Part shown: in pieces, positions 11,021 to 22,376 of the stretch
How positions within the stretch are numbered: position 1 is the stretch's first letter
How the letters are laid out: each line of letters begins with the position of its first letter
DNA from: Chiloscyllium plagiosum
Lineage: Eukaryota
DNA length: 35,431 nt
Direction: 5' to 3'
NCBI RefSeq assembly: GCF_004010195.1
Contig: NC_057719.1
Coordinates: 85,833,103 to 85,868,533, forward strand
Translations under genes and position numbers: made by a program
Notes under the pieces: generated by a model
The model's input: the letters and a program-made list of their open reading frames with translations, nothing else
Told to the model about the DNA's origin: nothing
Databases searched by the model: none

Positions 11021-11639
11021 TATTCTGGGGTACCAGCTGCCCCTACCGATCATTTTTGTGCCATTTCCTATCGCCTGGGAGAGAAATTTTGAGTAGTTGT
11101 GCAACGTCTCTTTTGGGATTTGACAAAAGAGAAATCTAGTTGTTATCTTAAAGGGCACCATGCCTCCCACAAACAGACAGCTAGAACACCATTCAGCACT
11201 TCTCAGACAGCATGTAGAGTGAACGCCCTTGAAATCTCTCTAATTACCATAATGTAGTCCCAATATTTCCCGATGTTTAAGTCTTGGTGCATCTATGTTG
11301 CTTTCAGCATATTAATTTGTTGAAAGGTTATGTTAGTGAAGGTTAGGACAATCTCAATAAACACACAGAGGAGAAGCTGACCATTGAAAATTTGTCAACA
11401 AATGCTGTAGTGTTTGTGTACTCCCTTGTGTATATCAAAATCTATAGCAATTCAGATGTTGAACTGAACAAAGATGGTGAATTTATCCTGGTATAGTATT
11501 CCTCTAATGATCTGTTGGAAATCATCTTTATTCCTCTGTGTATGCCATAGTTGGGGCATAGGGATTGATGAGCACTTCATGCTGCTTTCTAAAAGGACTT
11601 GGTAAGTGCTATGAAACAGTCATTGATGCCCGAGAGAAT

Positions 11640-11945
11640 GGAGTCGAACTTTACGTTCTTCCCAAAATGTATCACCTTCCCCTTTTCTTCAGTGAAGAGG
11701 TTGTCTATGTCGTCTTCAAATCTACTACCACCTCGTCATAGTTCTCAATACTCCCATGGTTTCTTTTTTTAATCATGTGCAAAATTTGTAATTGCGCCTT
11801 TGAGCGGCCAATCTAAGTCAGTGTTATATACAGACTTGACTCTAATCAAGAAATGTATTGTCCCTGTTCCCAAACCCTCTGAATAACAATGCGTGTGTCC
11901 CTCCTGTACCCAAGCTCAATGTTCACCACTTCTGCACATTGCCTT
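11640..11945 (-). mobile_element. Very old CR1-like RT remnant
   Basis: cccaaaatgtatcacc, gtcgtcttcaaat and tcatgtgcaaaatttg resemble VIHFG and KFADD regions on the minus strand. Confidence 0.4.
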
Positions 11946-12654
11946 TGGTGACTCAATCATGCGGCACATATCGCAAAGAAAACGGAAACTCCCACTATAA
12001 CGCTAGCGTTTATTCTCAGGACACTGTGTTCTGTACGTCCCTTCACCCGCACCACTTCCAATCTAGTATTCTATATTTTAATTCCTTTCATGGCCATGCC
12101 TGGTTCCAATCTCCAGACCGTCCAATCATACGTTTTACCTTCTCAGTAGAACTCCGAGCGTCCCAGAATAAAAGCGTTCTGTTCTCCTCGCTTCAGACAG
12201 GAAACTAATAAACGGGCTCCAAAAATAAAGTACAAATTGTTGCGTTCGTTGGCCTTCAAGCTTCAGTCGCTCCCATCTGCGCTGTGCTTGAGCTTTCTTT
12301 TTTGATCGAAAGACGGCTTCATCGTCCGTTTCCCCATTCCTCTTCTGGGCCCTTCCCCGTCATCTGGCATGAAAAGGAAGTCATTGGCACTGCTTCCTGG
12401 TTAAGGGCTGACTGTATCTGACCATCAGAGCTCCAATAAACATTGAAGAACATTGCAGGAGAGCTGCGTGCATTAGTCCCAACATGCTGTGAGCTTGTCT
12501 TTACAATGGATAGTTGCGACCGCGCATTCCTCTCCCATCTTTTCCTAACAGCTGGACTCTCTTCATGTTTCATATGACGTCCCTTTCTTGCGTTTTTATT
12601 TGTGATCAGAGTGTTGAGATAATCGTTAACAACAACGAATCCAGTTGAACCTGC

Positions 12655-12830
12655 ACAAAGTTAAAAATCACACAACACCAGGTTATAGTCCAACAGGTTT
12701 AATTGGAAGCACTAGATGAAGGAGCAGCGCTCCGAAAGCTAGTGCTTCCAATTAAAACTGTTGGACTATAACCTGGTGTTGTGTGATTTTTAACTTTGTC
12801 CACCCCCGTCCAACACCAGCATCTCCAAAA
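12655..12830. mobile_element. Young fold-back Penelope-tail element (61-bp inverted arms, 23-nt loop holding most of a hammerhead core)
   Basis: 12655-12715 and 12739-12799 are 60/61 complementary; loop ATGAA GGAGC AGC GCTCC GAAAG. Confidence 0.9.
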
Positions 12831-12885
12831 GATTCAACAGACTGATCAATACAATTCTGCTAGGTAAAAACGGGCTCCAAAAATA

Positions 12886-12946
12886 TTTCCTGCTCCTTGG
12901 ATGCTGCCAGACCTGCTGTGCTTTTCCAGCACCACTCTAATCTAGA
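12886..12946 (+). mobile_element. Penelope-tail fragment without the hammerhead part, followed by a C16 run
   Basis: ttcctgctccttggatgctgcc...ttttccagcaccactctaatctagac, same family as 2066-2163 and 14849-14935. Confidence 0.8.
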
Positions 12947-13049
12947 CCCCCCCCCCCCCCCCACAAAAAAAATTCTGCTGACTGCCGCCACCGCTTCCCG
13001 GTGACTGTAAAACCGATCCGGGCCACTATTGATTGTGAAACGTCGCTGA

Positions 13050-13235
13050 GCCATCCCAATGCTCTTCCCTCCATCCTCACGTGACTCATGTTCAGTTAGC
13101 CATGTTGCTCGAGGAAGCTTGTCTGCAACAATTGCCCGGACAGCGGGAGTGACTGCGTTTCATTGGCTGTGAAGACTTCTGGGGAACTACAGTGGGGCTA
13201 TATAAATGCAAACTCATCCGCGACCAGAAATCTCC
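13050..13235 (+). promoter_or_regulatory. Putative Pol II promoter of the EEF1AKMT3-like gene
   Basis: CCAAT 13056-13060, TCACGTGACTCA (E-box plus AP-1) 13077-13088, reverse CCAAT (ATTGG) 13162-13166, TATATAAA 13199-13206; CpG-rich; 120 bp upstream of ATG 13326. Confidence 0.7.
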
Positions 13236-13325
13236 ACTCCTGCTGCCGGACAGAATCCCGCCGCCGTTCCCGAAGGGGCAAAAGAATTCCAGAGGAATTT
13301 TTTTTTGGGGGGGGAAAAAAAGAAC

Positions 13326-13484
13326 ATGACTTACGCCTGGAGAGTGGACGATGTGGCGAGAGACGAAGCTGGCGCGTCAATTTCCATCGTATATGAGAAT
13401 AAATACGAGTTCTGCGGATACAACCTCAGAATCTCTCGATTCATCAATGCTAACCTCGGCTTTTCTGCTTATGTCTGGGAAGCT
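13326..13484 (+). CDS. EEF1AKMT3: EEF1AKMT3/METTL21B-like lysine methyltransferase, coding exon 1 of 3 (53 aa)
   Basis: aacATG; MTYAW...YEFCGYNLRISRFINANLGFSAYVWEA resembles METTL21B FCGHVL.I..NFG..LG.AA.VWDA; phase-0 donor GCT/gtaagt. Confidence 0.85.
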
Positions 13485-13669
13485 GTAAGTCAAAGGGAAA
13501 ATTAAAATGCAGACAGAGCCGCCTCTGTGTCACGTCTTGAATGTCAGCATCTCTTGCAATGTTGCTGGGCAGTTTGTGGAGGCTTTCAGCCGCTCTTCCT
13601 TGTCTGAAATAACCGCCCGGATTTGGAAGATACATCAGCAATCTGTCCCATTTTTGTCCACACCACAGT

Positions 13670-14105
13670 CGTTACCGGGACTGGAGGGTTTGAGTAATAA
13701 GCAGAGTCTGCATAGGCTGGAACTCTCTTTTTACCCCTGGAGCGTTGGATGCTGAGGGGTGACCTTACCGAGGTTTATAAAGTCATGAGGGGTGGGAGGT
13801 ATGGAAAAGGCCAAGTCCTTTTGCCTAGGCTACGGGAATCTAGAGGGCATAAGTTTAAAATGAGAGGGGGAAAATTTGAAAGGGGCCTGAGAGGGCAACT
13901 TTTTTCTTGCGTAAATGGAAAGAGTTTCTAGAGGAACTCATAGAAGCGAGTACAATAGCAATGTTTAAAGGGCATTTAGACCGGTGCATGAATCCGTAAA
14001 GGTGCAGGGATATGGGGAAAATGCAGGAAAATGAGACTTGTTTAGGTTAGGAAACTGGGTTGGCATGGACCAGTTGGGCCGAAGGGTCCGTAACCGTACT
14101 GTACG
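13670..14105 (+). mobile_element. CR1-type LINE 3' end in intron 1
   Basis: LPGLEGLS...RGDLTEVYKVMRG; tail ttgggccgaagggtccg. Confidence 0.85.
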
Positions 14106-14648
14106 ACGATAGTTTAATTGGGCCGTGCGTTTCCACATCCTATCCAGGCAGCGCGGTGTGTGTCTGTGGCAGGAATCCCGGGTTCACTCAGGAGCTGTGT
14201 GAAACTAGGTAAATAATCTGCCCTTGTTCCTATCGAAGGGGTGTGTTTTACACGTTGGTCTTGCAATTCCCCGCCCCAAACCCCACTCCCCTCCCATGAA
14301 GTGGACCCTATCCTTCTGGCGGGGTTCACATCGGGGGAAGATTCATTGGTTGATATTCAAAGAAGGATTTCAAGCTGCAAGGACCACCCAGGGCTGGTGT
14401 TTTTCACTTTTTTGACGCTCGGTGCCACAACCCCATTTGTTACTTTGGGGCTTTGGGAGTGGTGGCAGGGGATGGTGATGCGGGGGAAGGGACAGGGCCG
14501 GAGCGGGTGGAGATTCACCCTTGCTCCTGGAAGGTGCTGAATCAGCAGCACTGGGGCACGCGTACATTTGAGGTTTGACCCTGTGAGTCTTCCTTCCCCT
14601 CCTCGGTTGGCGATGGAAGGGAGCCTGGTGTTGTTTAAGTGACGATGA

Positions 14649-14840
<192 letters not shown>

Positions 14841-14848
14841 TAATATCA

Positions 14849-14935
14849 AACTCAAGATTAGAGTGGTGCTGGAAAAGCACAGTAGGCCAGGCAGCATCCG
14901 AGGAGCAGGAAAATCGACGTTTCGGGCAAAAGCCT
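14849..14935 (-). mobile_element. Short Penelope-tail insertion in intron 2, truncated within hammerhead stem II, 11-bp perfect TSD
   Basis: Minus strand AGGC TTTT GCCC GAAAC GTC GATT...; flanks tgttaatatca at 14838-14848 and 14936-14946. Confidence 0.85.
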
Positions 14936-15969
14936 TGTTAATATCAGACGCTAATCGGGACCACAATGACACTATTGTATCTGCTGGGCAGTGTGACCAT
15001 TCTAACACTCATAGATGACTGAGATATGATACTGGTTAAACTCCCTTGCCATTGGTAAACATGTATTTAGATGACTGCTTTGCCTCTGCTGAAAATCTTA
15101 GAATTTAAAGTCAGATTTTCAGCCATGAAACCTTTCCTGTATGACATGTCCATAGGGAATTCCCCGTTTTCACCGCTGGAAATGATCTGCTGACTCTGCA
15201 CAAAGCAAGCTAACCTAACATTAATCCCACCACCCAAATCAGAGCACCAGCTTCAAGTAGACGGCAAGCAGACCCTTTCACTGCCTGCCGGTGTGAAGAT
15301 TTCTGGAAGCAGGGGCGTTTTGCATTTATCTCGCCTTGCTGCAGCCCTTGGGGACTCCCTAAGCATCTCCACAGACACATCTGCGGGTTTTGTCCCACTT
15401 TTGCGGACAGGTTTCCTGCACTTGTCGCTAAGTTATCGCGAACTCACTGGTGTTGGCTGAGGGAAGAGCGTAGTTGATGGTTCAGGGATGTTTGACCACA
15501 GATAGCAGCCTGGATGATTCTACATTCACCGGAAGTGGTCGTGCTGGTCGTATCTATGTATCATGCTGTTAGATCTTTTTGTCACATGACCCGGCTAATT
15601 TCTTGTCGGTAGTTATTCGCCTGTTTCATGTGAGTGAAGTTGTGACATGCTGCACCTGTCTGTCTTTGAGACTGTCAACGCAAGAGACATGCTTCCACTT
15701 AGGCCTATGAATAGATAGCGTCACTCAGACTTGGAAGTAAATGTGGCTTTCACTGGTAAAACATTTGCATGCACTTCAGGTAAATTGAGGTAAATATTAA
15801 CGTAAATGCATAAAAGACCGCAGGCGCTGCAACAATGATAGGAGGCGCCGAAAATTTCCACCAGGTCAAACAGCAAACTTGCACAGGGAATCATTTCAAC
15901 TTTCAAGCCCATGAAGTTTCAGTCGTTGACGAACCAGCTGAAGCTTTTGGGCCGACGACATTGCTGTAA

Positions 15970-16300
15970 GGAGCTTCCCCAGTGATGTCCTTGAACACTA
16001 ATAACTCCAACTTTGAGCCAGGTGTGACTTCATGCAATAGAAGGTTTTCCCCCTATTCCCGTTGACTCAGTTTTTGTTTGGGTTCTTTAATGCCAACGTA
16101 ATGCTGCCTTGATGTCAAAGTCACCATCACTGTTCCTCTGGAATTCAGTTCTGTTGCCCTTGTTTGGACCAACGCTGCAATGATGGCAGGAGCTGAGTGT
16201 CCTTGGCAGAACCAGAACTTATTTGTCAACGACCTGCTGATTCCTCTGTAATTCTAGTTTAATGACTCCTTCTATCGCTTTGTTGATGATCAAGCATAGA
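15970..16300 (-). mobile_element. Old LINE (CR1/L2 group) RT remnant in intron 2
   Basis: Minus strand remnants FWFCQGHSAP.IIAALVQT..ELNSRG and DIKAA, ..KLSQREI/GIGGK. Confidence 0.6.
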
Positions 16301-16575
16301 CTAACATAGAGAGATCTGCAAACATGTGGGGCTTTACTAGGACTACATAACGGTTGTTGTCTTCACGAGGGATAGGATGCAAAATGAGAGTTTGCCCTGT
16401 AAATACAAGCTATCAGCACCAGGTAAAATAACAAGGCATAAAACTACCTGGCACTGCAGGTGGGCATTATTTAGTGATAATTCCTTTTAGAGTGTCGCCT
16501 TTTGCTTCCTTATCACAACGTAGAAGCAGTAATCGATGGCAAACCATTTAAGGGAATCTATTTTTTTCTTTTCAG

Positions 16576-16976
16576 GTGGAGATGTAACCATGACAGATAA
16601 ACCAAACATCCTGAAGCAAATTGAAAACAATGTCTCTATCAATATTCCCGCTGCCTGCCAACATCGTGTGAAAGTTCGTGCCCTGACGTGGGGTGAAGAC
16701 CAAACTAAATTTCCGACTGCCTACGACATCATACTCGGTTCGGATATTGTTTACAGCTCAGTTTCCTACCCGGCATTGTTAGAAACATTTCGCTATCTCG
16801 CCAGGCAAGGGACCACGATTTACCTCGCTACTGAAATACGAAAGAGTAATGATTCTACCTACTTCCACGAAAAACTCTTGCCTCGATATTTTAACTGCCA
16901 GGTGGTTGAAAGTTTACAGACGAAAAGCGTCATTGTGTGCAAACTGAGCAAACTTAGTACACCTCTTGAGGATTGA
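16576..16976 (+). CDS. EEF1AKMT3: EEF1AKMT3/METTL21B-like, coding exon 3 (total CDS 672 nt, 223 aa)
   Basis: tttttctttttcag-type acceptor at 16574-16575, phase 1; GGDVTMTD (post-I), ALTWG, YDIILGSDIVY (motif II/DxxY), TIYLA; TGA ends at 16976; all exon phases are compatible. Confidence 0.93.
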
Positions 16977-17154
16977 TTCCCAAAGACTGAAAACTACTGG
17001 GTGCTGAACATACTGCCCAGTTTGAAAGGACCCCCGTCAATGTTCTCCAGTCTTTATTGCTCCACCACTTAACTTTTAATGCTTGCTTATAAATATTTTT
17101 GTAACAATTCTTGACTAATTTAGTAATGTGTATTATACTGTACCATATATGGTA

Positions 17155-17160
17155 AATAAA
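17155..17160 (+). terminator. Polyadenylation signal AATAAA of the + strand gene
   Basis: AATAAA about 180 nt after the stop in an AU-rich 3'UTR. Confidence 0.65.
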
Positions 17161-17599
17161 AAAAGTTGTACTATTTCAATTCCACCGTAAAACTATATGC
17201 ATTTTAAATCCCCACTAAAAACAAGTGTATATTCAAATGCATGTAATGATAACTATAAATACAATCCAGTATTATTTCTTCCTAGCATGGAATTTATTTG
17301 TCTCAATCTTCAAAAAAATTCATCTAGAATCCAGCCTTTTCATTAATGCTGATATGTGTCAGTGTAGACATGCTTCTTAGCAGTGATACAAATGATGCAT
17401 AAATTCATCTTTATTAGTGTAATTGACATGTCAATTTCTTCATTAAAGCGCCAGTTCTTTTCCATCCACCTACCACTGCCTTTTGAAAAGTCTGCAGAAA
17501 TAGTCAATACTCAGTTTGTGATTATGCCTAAACCATTGTGTCCCTTTCTGCCATGTATCCTGACTTCCCAGGTAGCAAATCTTTTCAGATATATCAACC

Positions 17600-18870
17600 A
17601 TATGCACTTGTACTTGGGAAATCCTGTCTCACAAACTTGATTGAGTTTTTTGAAGAAGTAACAAAGAGGATTGATGAGTGAAGTGTGGTAGATGTGATCT
17701 CTATGGACTTCAGTCATGCGTTGGACAAGGTTCCCCAAGGGAGACTGGTTAGCAAAGTTAGATTGCATGGAATACAGGGATAATTAGCCATTTGGATAGA
17801 GAACTGGCTCAAAGGTAGAAGACAGAGGGTGGTGGTGGAGGGTTCTTTTTCAGACTGGAGGTCTGTGACCAGTGGAGTGCCACCTGTGGGTCCACTACTT
17901 TTCATAATTTATATAAATGATTTGGATGTGAGCTTAAGAGATATAGTTAGTAAGTTTGAAGATTACATCAAAATTGGAGGTGTAGTGGAACCAAGAAGGT
18001 TACCTCAGATTATAACGGTATCTTGATCAGATGAACCAATGGACTGTGGATGGGGCTTAATCTAGATAAATGCAAGGTGCTGCATTTTGGGAAAGCAAAT
18101 CTTAACAGGACTTACACACTTAATGGTAAGGTTCTGGGGAGTGTTGCTGAACAAAGAGACCTTGGAATACGGGTTCATAGCTCTTGAAAGTGGAGTCGCA
18201 GGTAGATAGGATAGTGAAGAAGTTGTTTGCTATGTTTTCCTTTATTGGTCAGACTATTGAGCATAGGAGTTGCGAGGTCATATTGCAGCTGTACAGGACA
18301 TTGGTTATGCCACTTTTGGAATAGTGCATGCAATTTTGGTCTCCTTCCTATTGGAAAGATATTGTGAACCTTGAAAGGGTTCAGAAAAAAATTACAAGTA
18401 TGTTGCCAGGGTTGGAGGATTTGAACTATAGGGAGAGGCTGCATAGGCTGGAGCTGTTTTCCCTGGAATGTCGGAGGCTGAGGGGTGACCTTATAGAGGT
18501 TTATAAAATTATGAGTGGCATGGATAGGGTAAATAGACAAGGTCTTTCCCCTGGGGTGGGTGAGTCCAGAACTAGAGGGCATAGGTTTAGGGTGAGAGGA
18601 GAAATACATAAAAGAGACCTAAGGGGCAACATTTTCCCACAGAGGGTGGCACGTGTATGAAATGAGCTGCCAGAGGAAGTTGTGGAGGCTAGTACGATTG
18701 CAACATTTAAAAGAGATCTGGATGGGTATATGAATAGGAAGGGTTTGGAGGGATATGGACTGGGTGCTGGCAGCTGGGACTAGATTGGGTTGGGATATCT
18801 GGTCAGCATGGACAAGTTGGACCGAAGGATCTGTTTCCGTGCTGTACATCTCTATGTCTCTATGTCTCTA
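17600..18870 (+). mobile_element. CR1/HER1-like LINE 3' ~1.27 kb, with stops and frameshifts
   Basis: GKSCLTNLIEF, SDWRSVTSGVP, QFWSPSYWKD, RGDLIEVYK, (ctctatgt)n tail. Confidence 0.95.
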
Positions 18871-19199
18871 TTTACTTTTTACATGGTCAGAGGAATTGTG
18901 TCAGCAACTCTTGTCCCGGATGTGATGTAAAGTAGTAATAACATATTAGTAGTACATAGTTTTTTTCAAATCAACTTATAGTATGGTAACTGCTGGGGTT
19001 ATTTTCAATTTGGCTATTGTTGGGCTGCATCATATACATTAAATACCCAGAAAATCTAATAATTGCCTGTTAATTAAAAAAATTCTATTTCATATCTACA
19101 CTTAATATTTGACCCATTCATGTGGCAGGAGGCTCATGTCACAGAACGTAGTCTGAAATTACTTACTTTTATCAGAAAGACATGAAGAGAGAATACAAA

Positions 19200-20130
19200 A
19201 AGTGGTTTACATTACTGAAAGGGATGCAGGACCAGAAGTAAATGCTCTATATTTATTTTAGCAATTGAAGGTGTCAGGGCAGGTTAAAAGGGCTGTTAGC
19301 AAAGCATGCTCATTAATAGGGACATAAGAGAAGAAGGGTAATAAAGGAATGCTAAATTATATTAAAAGTTGTTCAGCCTCAACTGGAGATGCTACATCCA
19401 GTTCTGGATGCCACATTTAGGGAAATATGTGAAGGTTTTGCTTAGAGCTGCAGGAAACATTCCAGAGTTGAAGAACTTTAGTTACATGCATTGATTGTAA
19501 AGGTTGAAACTATTCTCCCTGGATAAGAAACAGTTGAGAAGAAATTGGATAGATGTATTCAAAATGATGAGTTGTCTAAATAGAGCAAATAAAGGCAAAC
19601 TGCTTCTTATGGTGGGAGGATATAGAAGCAAAGAACATATGTTTTGATTAGATTCCCCACAGTGTGTAAACAGGCCCTTTGGCCCAACACGTCCACACCG
19701 ACCCTCCAAAGAGTAACCCACCCTGATCCATTTCCCTCTGACTATGGGCAATTTAGAATGGCTGATTCATGTGGCCTGCACATCTTTGGACTGTGGGAGG
19801 AAACCAGAGCACCCAGAGGAAACCCACGCAGACACAGGGAGAATGTGCAAACTCCACACAGACAATCGCCCACAGGCTGGAATTGAATCTGGGTCCCTGG
19901 CGCTGTGAGGCAGCAGTGCTAACCAGTGAGCCACCGTGCCGCCATAAGGTAACTGTTGGAAGAAGCAATGCTGAAAGTAAGAAAACTATTTCTAGGCAGC
20001 AAGCATTTTGACTTTGGAATTCAGTAAAGAGCATTACAGTAAAGATGGGAGAGAATGACACCAGGTACTATTCATTCGGAGAGCTGGCAGATGTACAAAG
20101 GCCCAAGTGGCATTGTTCAGTGCTTTAAGA
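19200..20130 (+). mobile_element. Old CR1 3' region interrupted by an HE1 SINE
   Basis: cagcctcaactggag..cagttctggatgccacattt and gatgtattcaaaatgatga motifs; resumes after 19943. Confidence 0.6.
19647..19943 (-). mobile_element. HE1-type tRNA-derived SINE
   Basis: Minus strand GGCGGCACGGTGGCTCACTGGTTAGCACTGCTGCCTCACAGCGCCAGGGACCCAGATTCAATTCC (A/B boxes), central domain, LINE-like tail ttgggccaaagggcctgttt, (aatct) end. Confidence 0.9.
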
Positions 20131-21212
20131 AAACTGATTTTGTGACACGTGGCTGAAGCTGCTCAGCTGTTAGGTGACCTGCTTAACCAGACCCAATACA
20201 AGCAAAGTCATGCATTTCAAGGTCAGACAACTCAGTTGAAAAGTTGAAATTTTTAAGGCAGCCTTTTTCTGACAGAGCACTATAACAGAAATGCTCAGCA
20301 TTGGTAGAAAACCATTGAGTTCCATGCAGAAGAACTCTCCATTGTCATCAAAAGTGTCATCTAAGAATTCTGCTGTGTTTGCACATGTGACAGTTCAATT
20401 AATTCAATGCCTCATGAGTCAAAACAGGCACACTGTACAACCTCCAGCAGATTGCCTGGGAGTACAGAGAGATTCTGTTTCCTGCTGATGACTGACAAAG
20501 GCCAGAATGCACCAACAAAGCAGCATCAATGATGGTGGCTGTGGGAATGAAAGGCTACAGACTCCATCTGAGAGACTGGACTCAATGACATAAAGGCTTA
20601 ATAGCATTCATCATCCTGCAAGGCTGAATGTGTGTTTCATACTATCAAAATGTAGGTGGGAAAGTAGAGTGGTTAAGGCCCCAGATGGAAGTTGAAGGGC
20701 AAAATGCTACTCTCTCTCGCTTACATGGATCTCAGGCTGCACATGTCATTTGAATCTGCATTTATTCCTCTTGCAGAATCCATGGGAAAGTGAGGAATTA
20801 GTAGCCGCTGACAACTCATGAGACAGGGACAGCCTGGATTGTGTGAGTCTCTTCATCATCATGGAAAGCCTCAGTTTCAGTCACATTATGTCTGATGGAC
20901 AAAGGAGCTTACAAGATAGCCATGACTGAGAATGGAGTGCTTGAGATTTCTCTGCTGATGAAGGCAGAGCTGGCAACCCAGGAGCTGGGACAGGGTTGGG
21001 CCAGCTGGGGTGCATTTCTAATGCAGAGTCTAGATGGCTGGGCATGGAAGGTGCAGAGGAATTTCGCCCATGCTGGCATTTCTGGCTGCCAGGTTGGCCT
21101 GCTATACATTGAAAATCATCACTGTGGGAATTTTTTATTAATCTTCATTTGAAAGGTAGACTGCCTCAGAGGATTATGAGCACAAACCATATGTTTCAGC
21201 CAACATCGCCTC

Positions 21213-21436
21213 ATCAGAGTCAAAAAGCGTGATGCTGGAAAAGCACAGCTGGTCAGGCAGCATCCGAGGAGCAGGAGAGTCAGCTTTTTGAGCATAAGGT
21301 AGATTGACATTCCTGGTGATGAGCTTATGCTCAAAGCATTGACTCTACTGCTCCTTGGATGCTGCCTGACCAGCTGTGCTTTACCAGCACCACACTTTTT
21401 AACTCTGATTTACAGCATCTGATTTACACTATCTCC
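21213..21436. mobile_element. Fold-back Penelope-tail element with degenerate hammerhead (~21309-21343)
   Basis: 21213-21298 and 21324-21409 are inverted copies of the same tail family as 455-720. Confidence 0.8.
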
Positions 21437-21667
21437 TCATTGGACCACCTCAGTTCATTCTGGCACTCTTGTCCTACACCAGCACGCTACACCAGCACTG
21501 TTACACTCACTGCATTGAGAGTTCAATCATGTGCTTGCCAGAGATAAAAAAAATCTGTGGGTATCTTACAGTCATGCTGATGTAGATGAGAGAGTCAGTG
21601 GCAGGTGAGGCTGTGAGCAGTCAGAGAACTGCTAGTGGGCATCTGCCTACTGTGTTGTACCCAACTT

Positions 21668-21861
21668 CATAGAATCCTAGAATCCCTGTTGTGTGGAAAG
21701 AGGCCAGTCAGTCCATTGAGTCTTCACCGGCCCTATAAAGAGCATCCTTACCAAACTGCAGACAGGAAGGGCAGAATGCACAAACTCCACACAGACAGTC
21801 ACCAAAAGCTGCAATCAAAACCAGGTCCCTTGGTGCTGTGAGGCAGCAGTGCTAACCACTG
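21668..21861 (-). mobile_element. HE1-type SINE with internal deletion
   Basis: gctgtgaggcagcagtgctaaccactg and caaactccacacagaca shared with 19647-19943. Confidence 0.8.
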
Positions 21862-22376
21862 GTCTCCTTCCTATCGGAAAGATGATGTGAAACTTGAAAG
21901 GGTTCAGAAAAGATTCACAAAGATGTTGCCAGTGTTGGAGGATTTGAGCTATAGGGAGCTGGGGCTGTTTTTCCCTGGAGCATCAGAGGCTATGAGGGGT
22001 GACCTTATAGAGGTTTATAGAATCATGAGGGACATGGAAAGGGTAACTAGACAAAGTCTTTTCCCTAGGGTGAGGGAGTCCAGAATTAGAGTTCATAGGT
22101 TTAGGGGAAAGATATGCAAGAGATGTGAGGGCAATTTTTTTCACACAGAGGATGGTATGTGTATGAAATGAGCTGCCAGAGGAACTGGTGGAGGCTAGTA
22201 TGATTGCAACATTTAAAAGGCATCTTGATGGGTATATGGTTTAGAAGGGTTTAGAAGGATGTGGGGTGGGTGCTGGCGGGTGGAACTAGATTGGTTTGGG
22301 ATATCTGGTTGGCATGGATGAGTTGGATTGAAGAGTCTGTTTCCATGCTGTACACCTCTATGTCTCTATGACTATG
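21862..22376 (+). mobile_element. CR1/HER1-like LINE 3' end
   Basis: KLERVQKRFTKML, RGDLIEVYRIM, ctctatgtctctatgactatga tail. Confidence 0.9.

Noticed and set aside
12319..12573. 84-aa minus-strand ORF as a divergent gene
   Set aside because: No recognisable domain or convincing exon structure; a noncoding antisense exon cannot be excluded.
13056..13075. Possible ER-stress element (CCAAT-N9-CCACG)
   Set aside because: The sequence is CCAAT-N10-CCATC; spacing and second half do not match.
13206..13325. Upstream in-frame ATG giving a 40-aa N-terminal extension
   Set aside because: The ATG overlaps the TATA box and would lie upstream of the TSS; the extension crosses homopolymer runs; ATG 13326 gives a family-typical 223 aa.
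16536..16575. ORF starts MANHLRESIFFFS (and MRFASK at 14655, MRSDG at 34672)
   Set aside because: These are intronic read-through across polypyrimidine tracts; homology begins at the AG acceptors.
19850..19943. tRNA genes at SINE heads (also 28630-28700)
   Set aside because: The A/B boxes belong to HE1 SINE heads continuous with SINE bodies and LINE-like tails.
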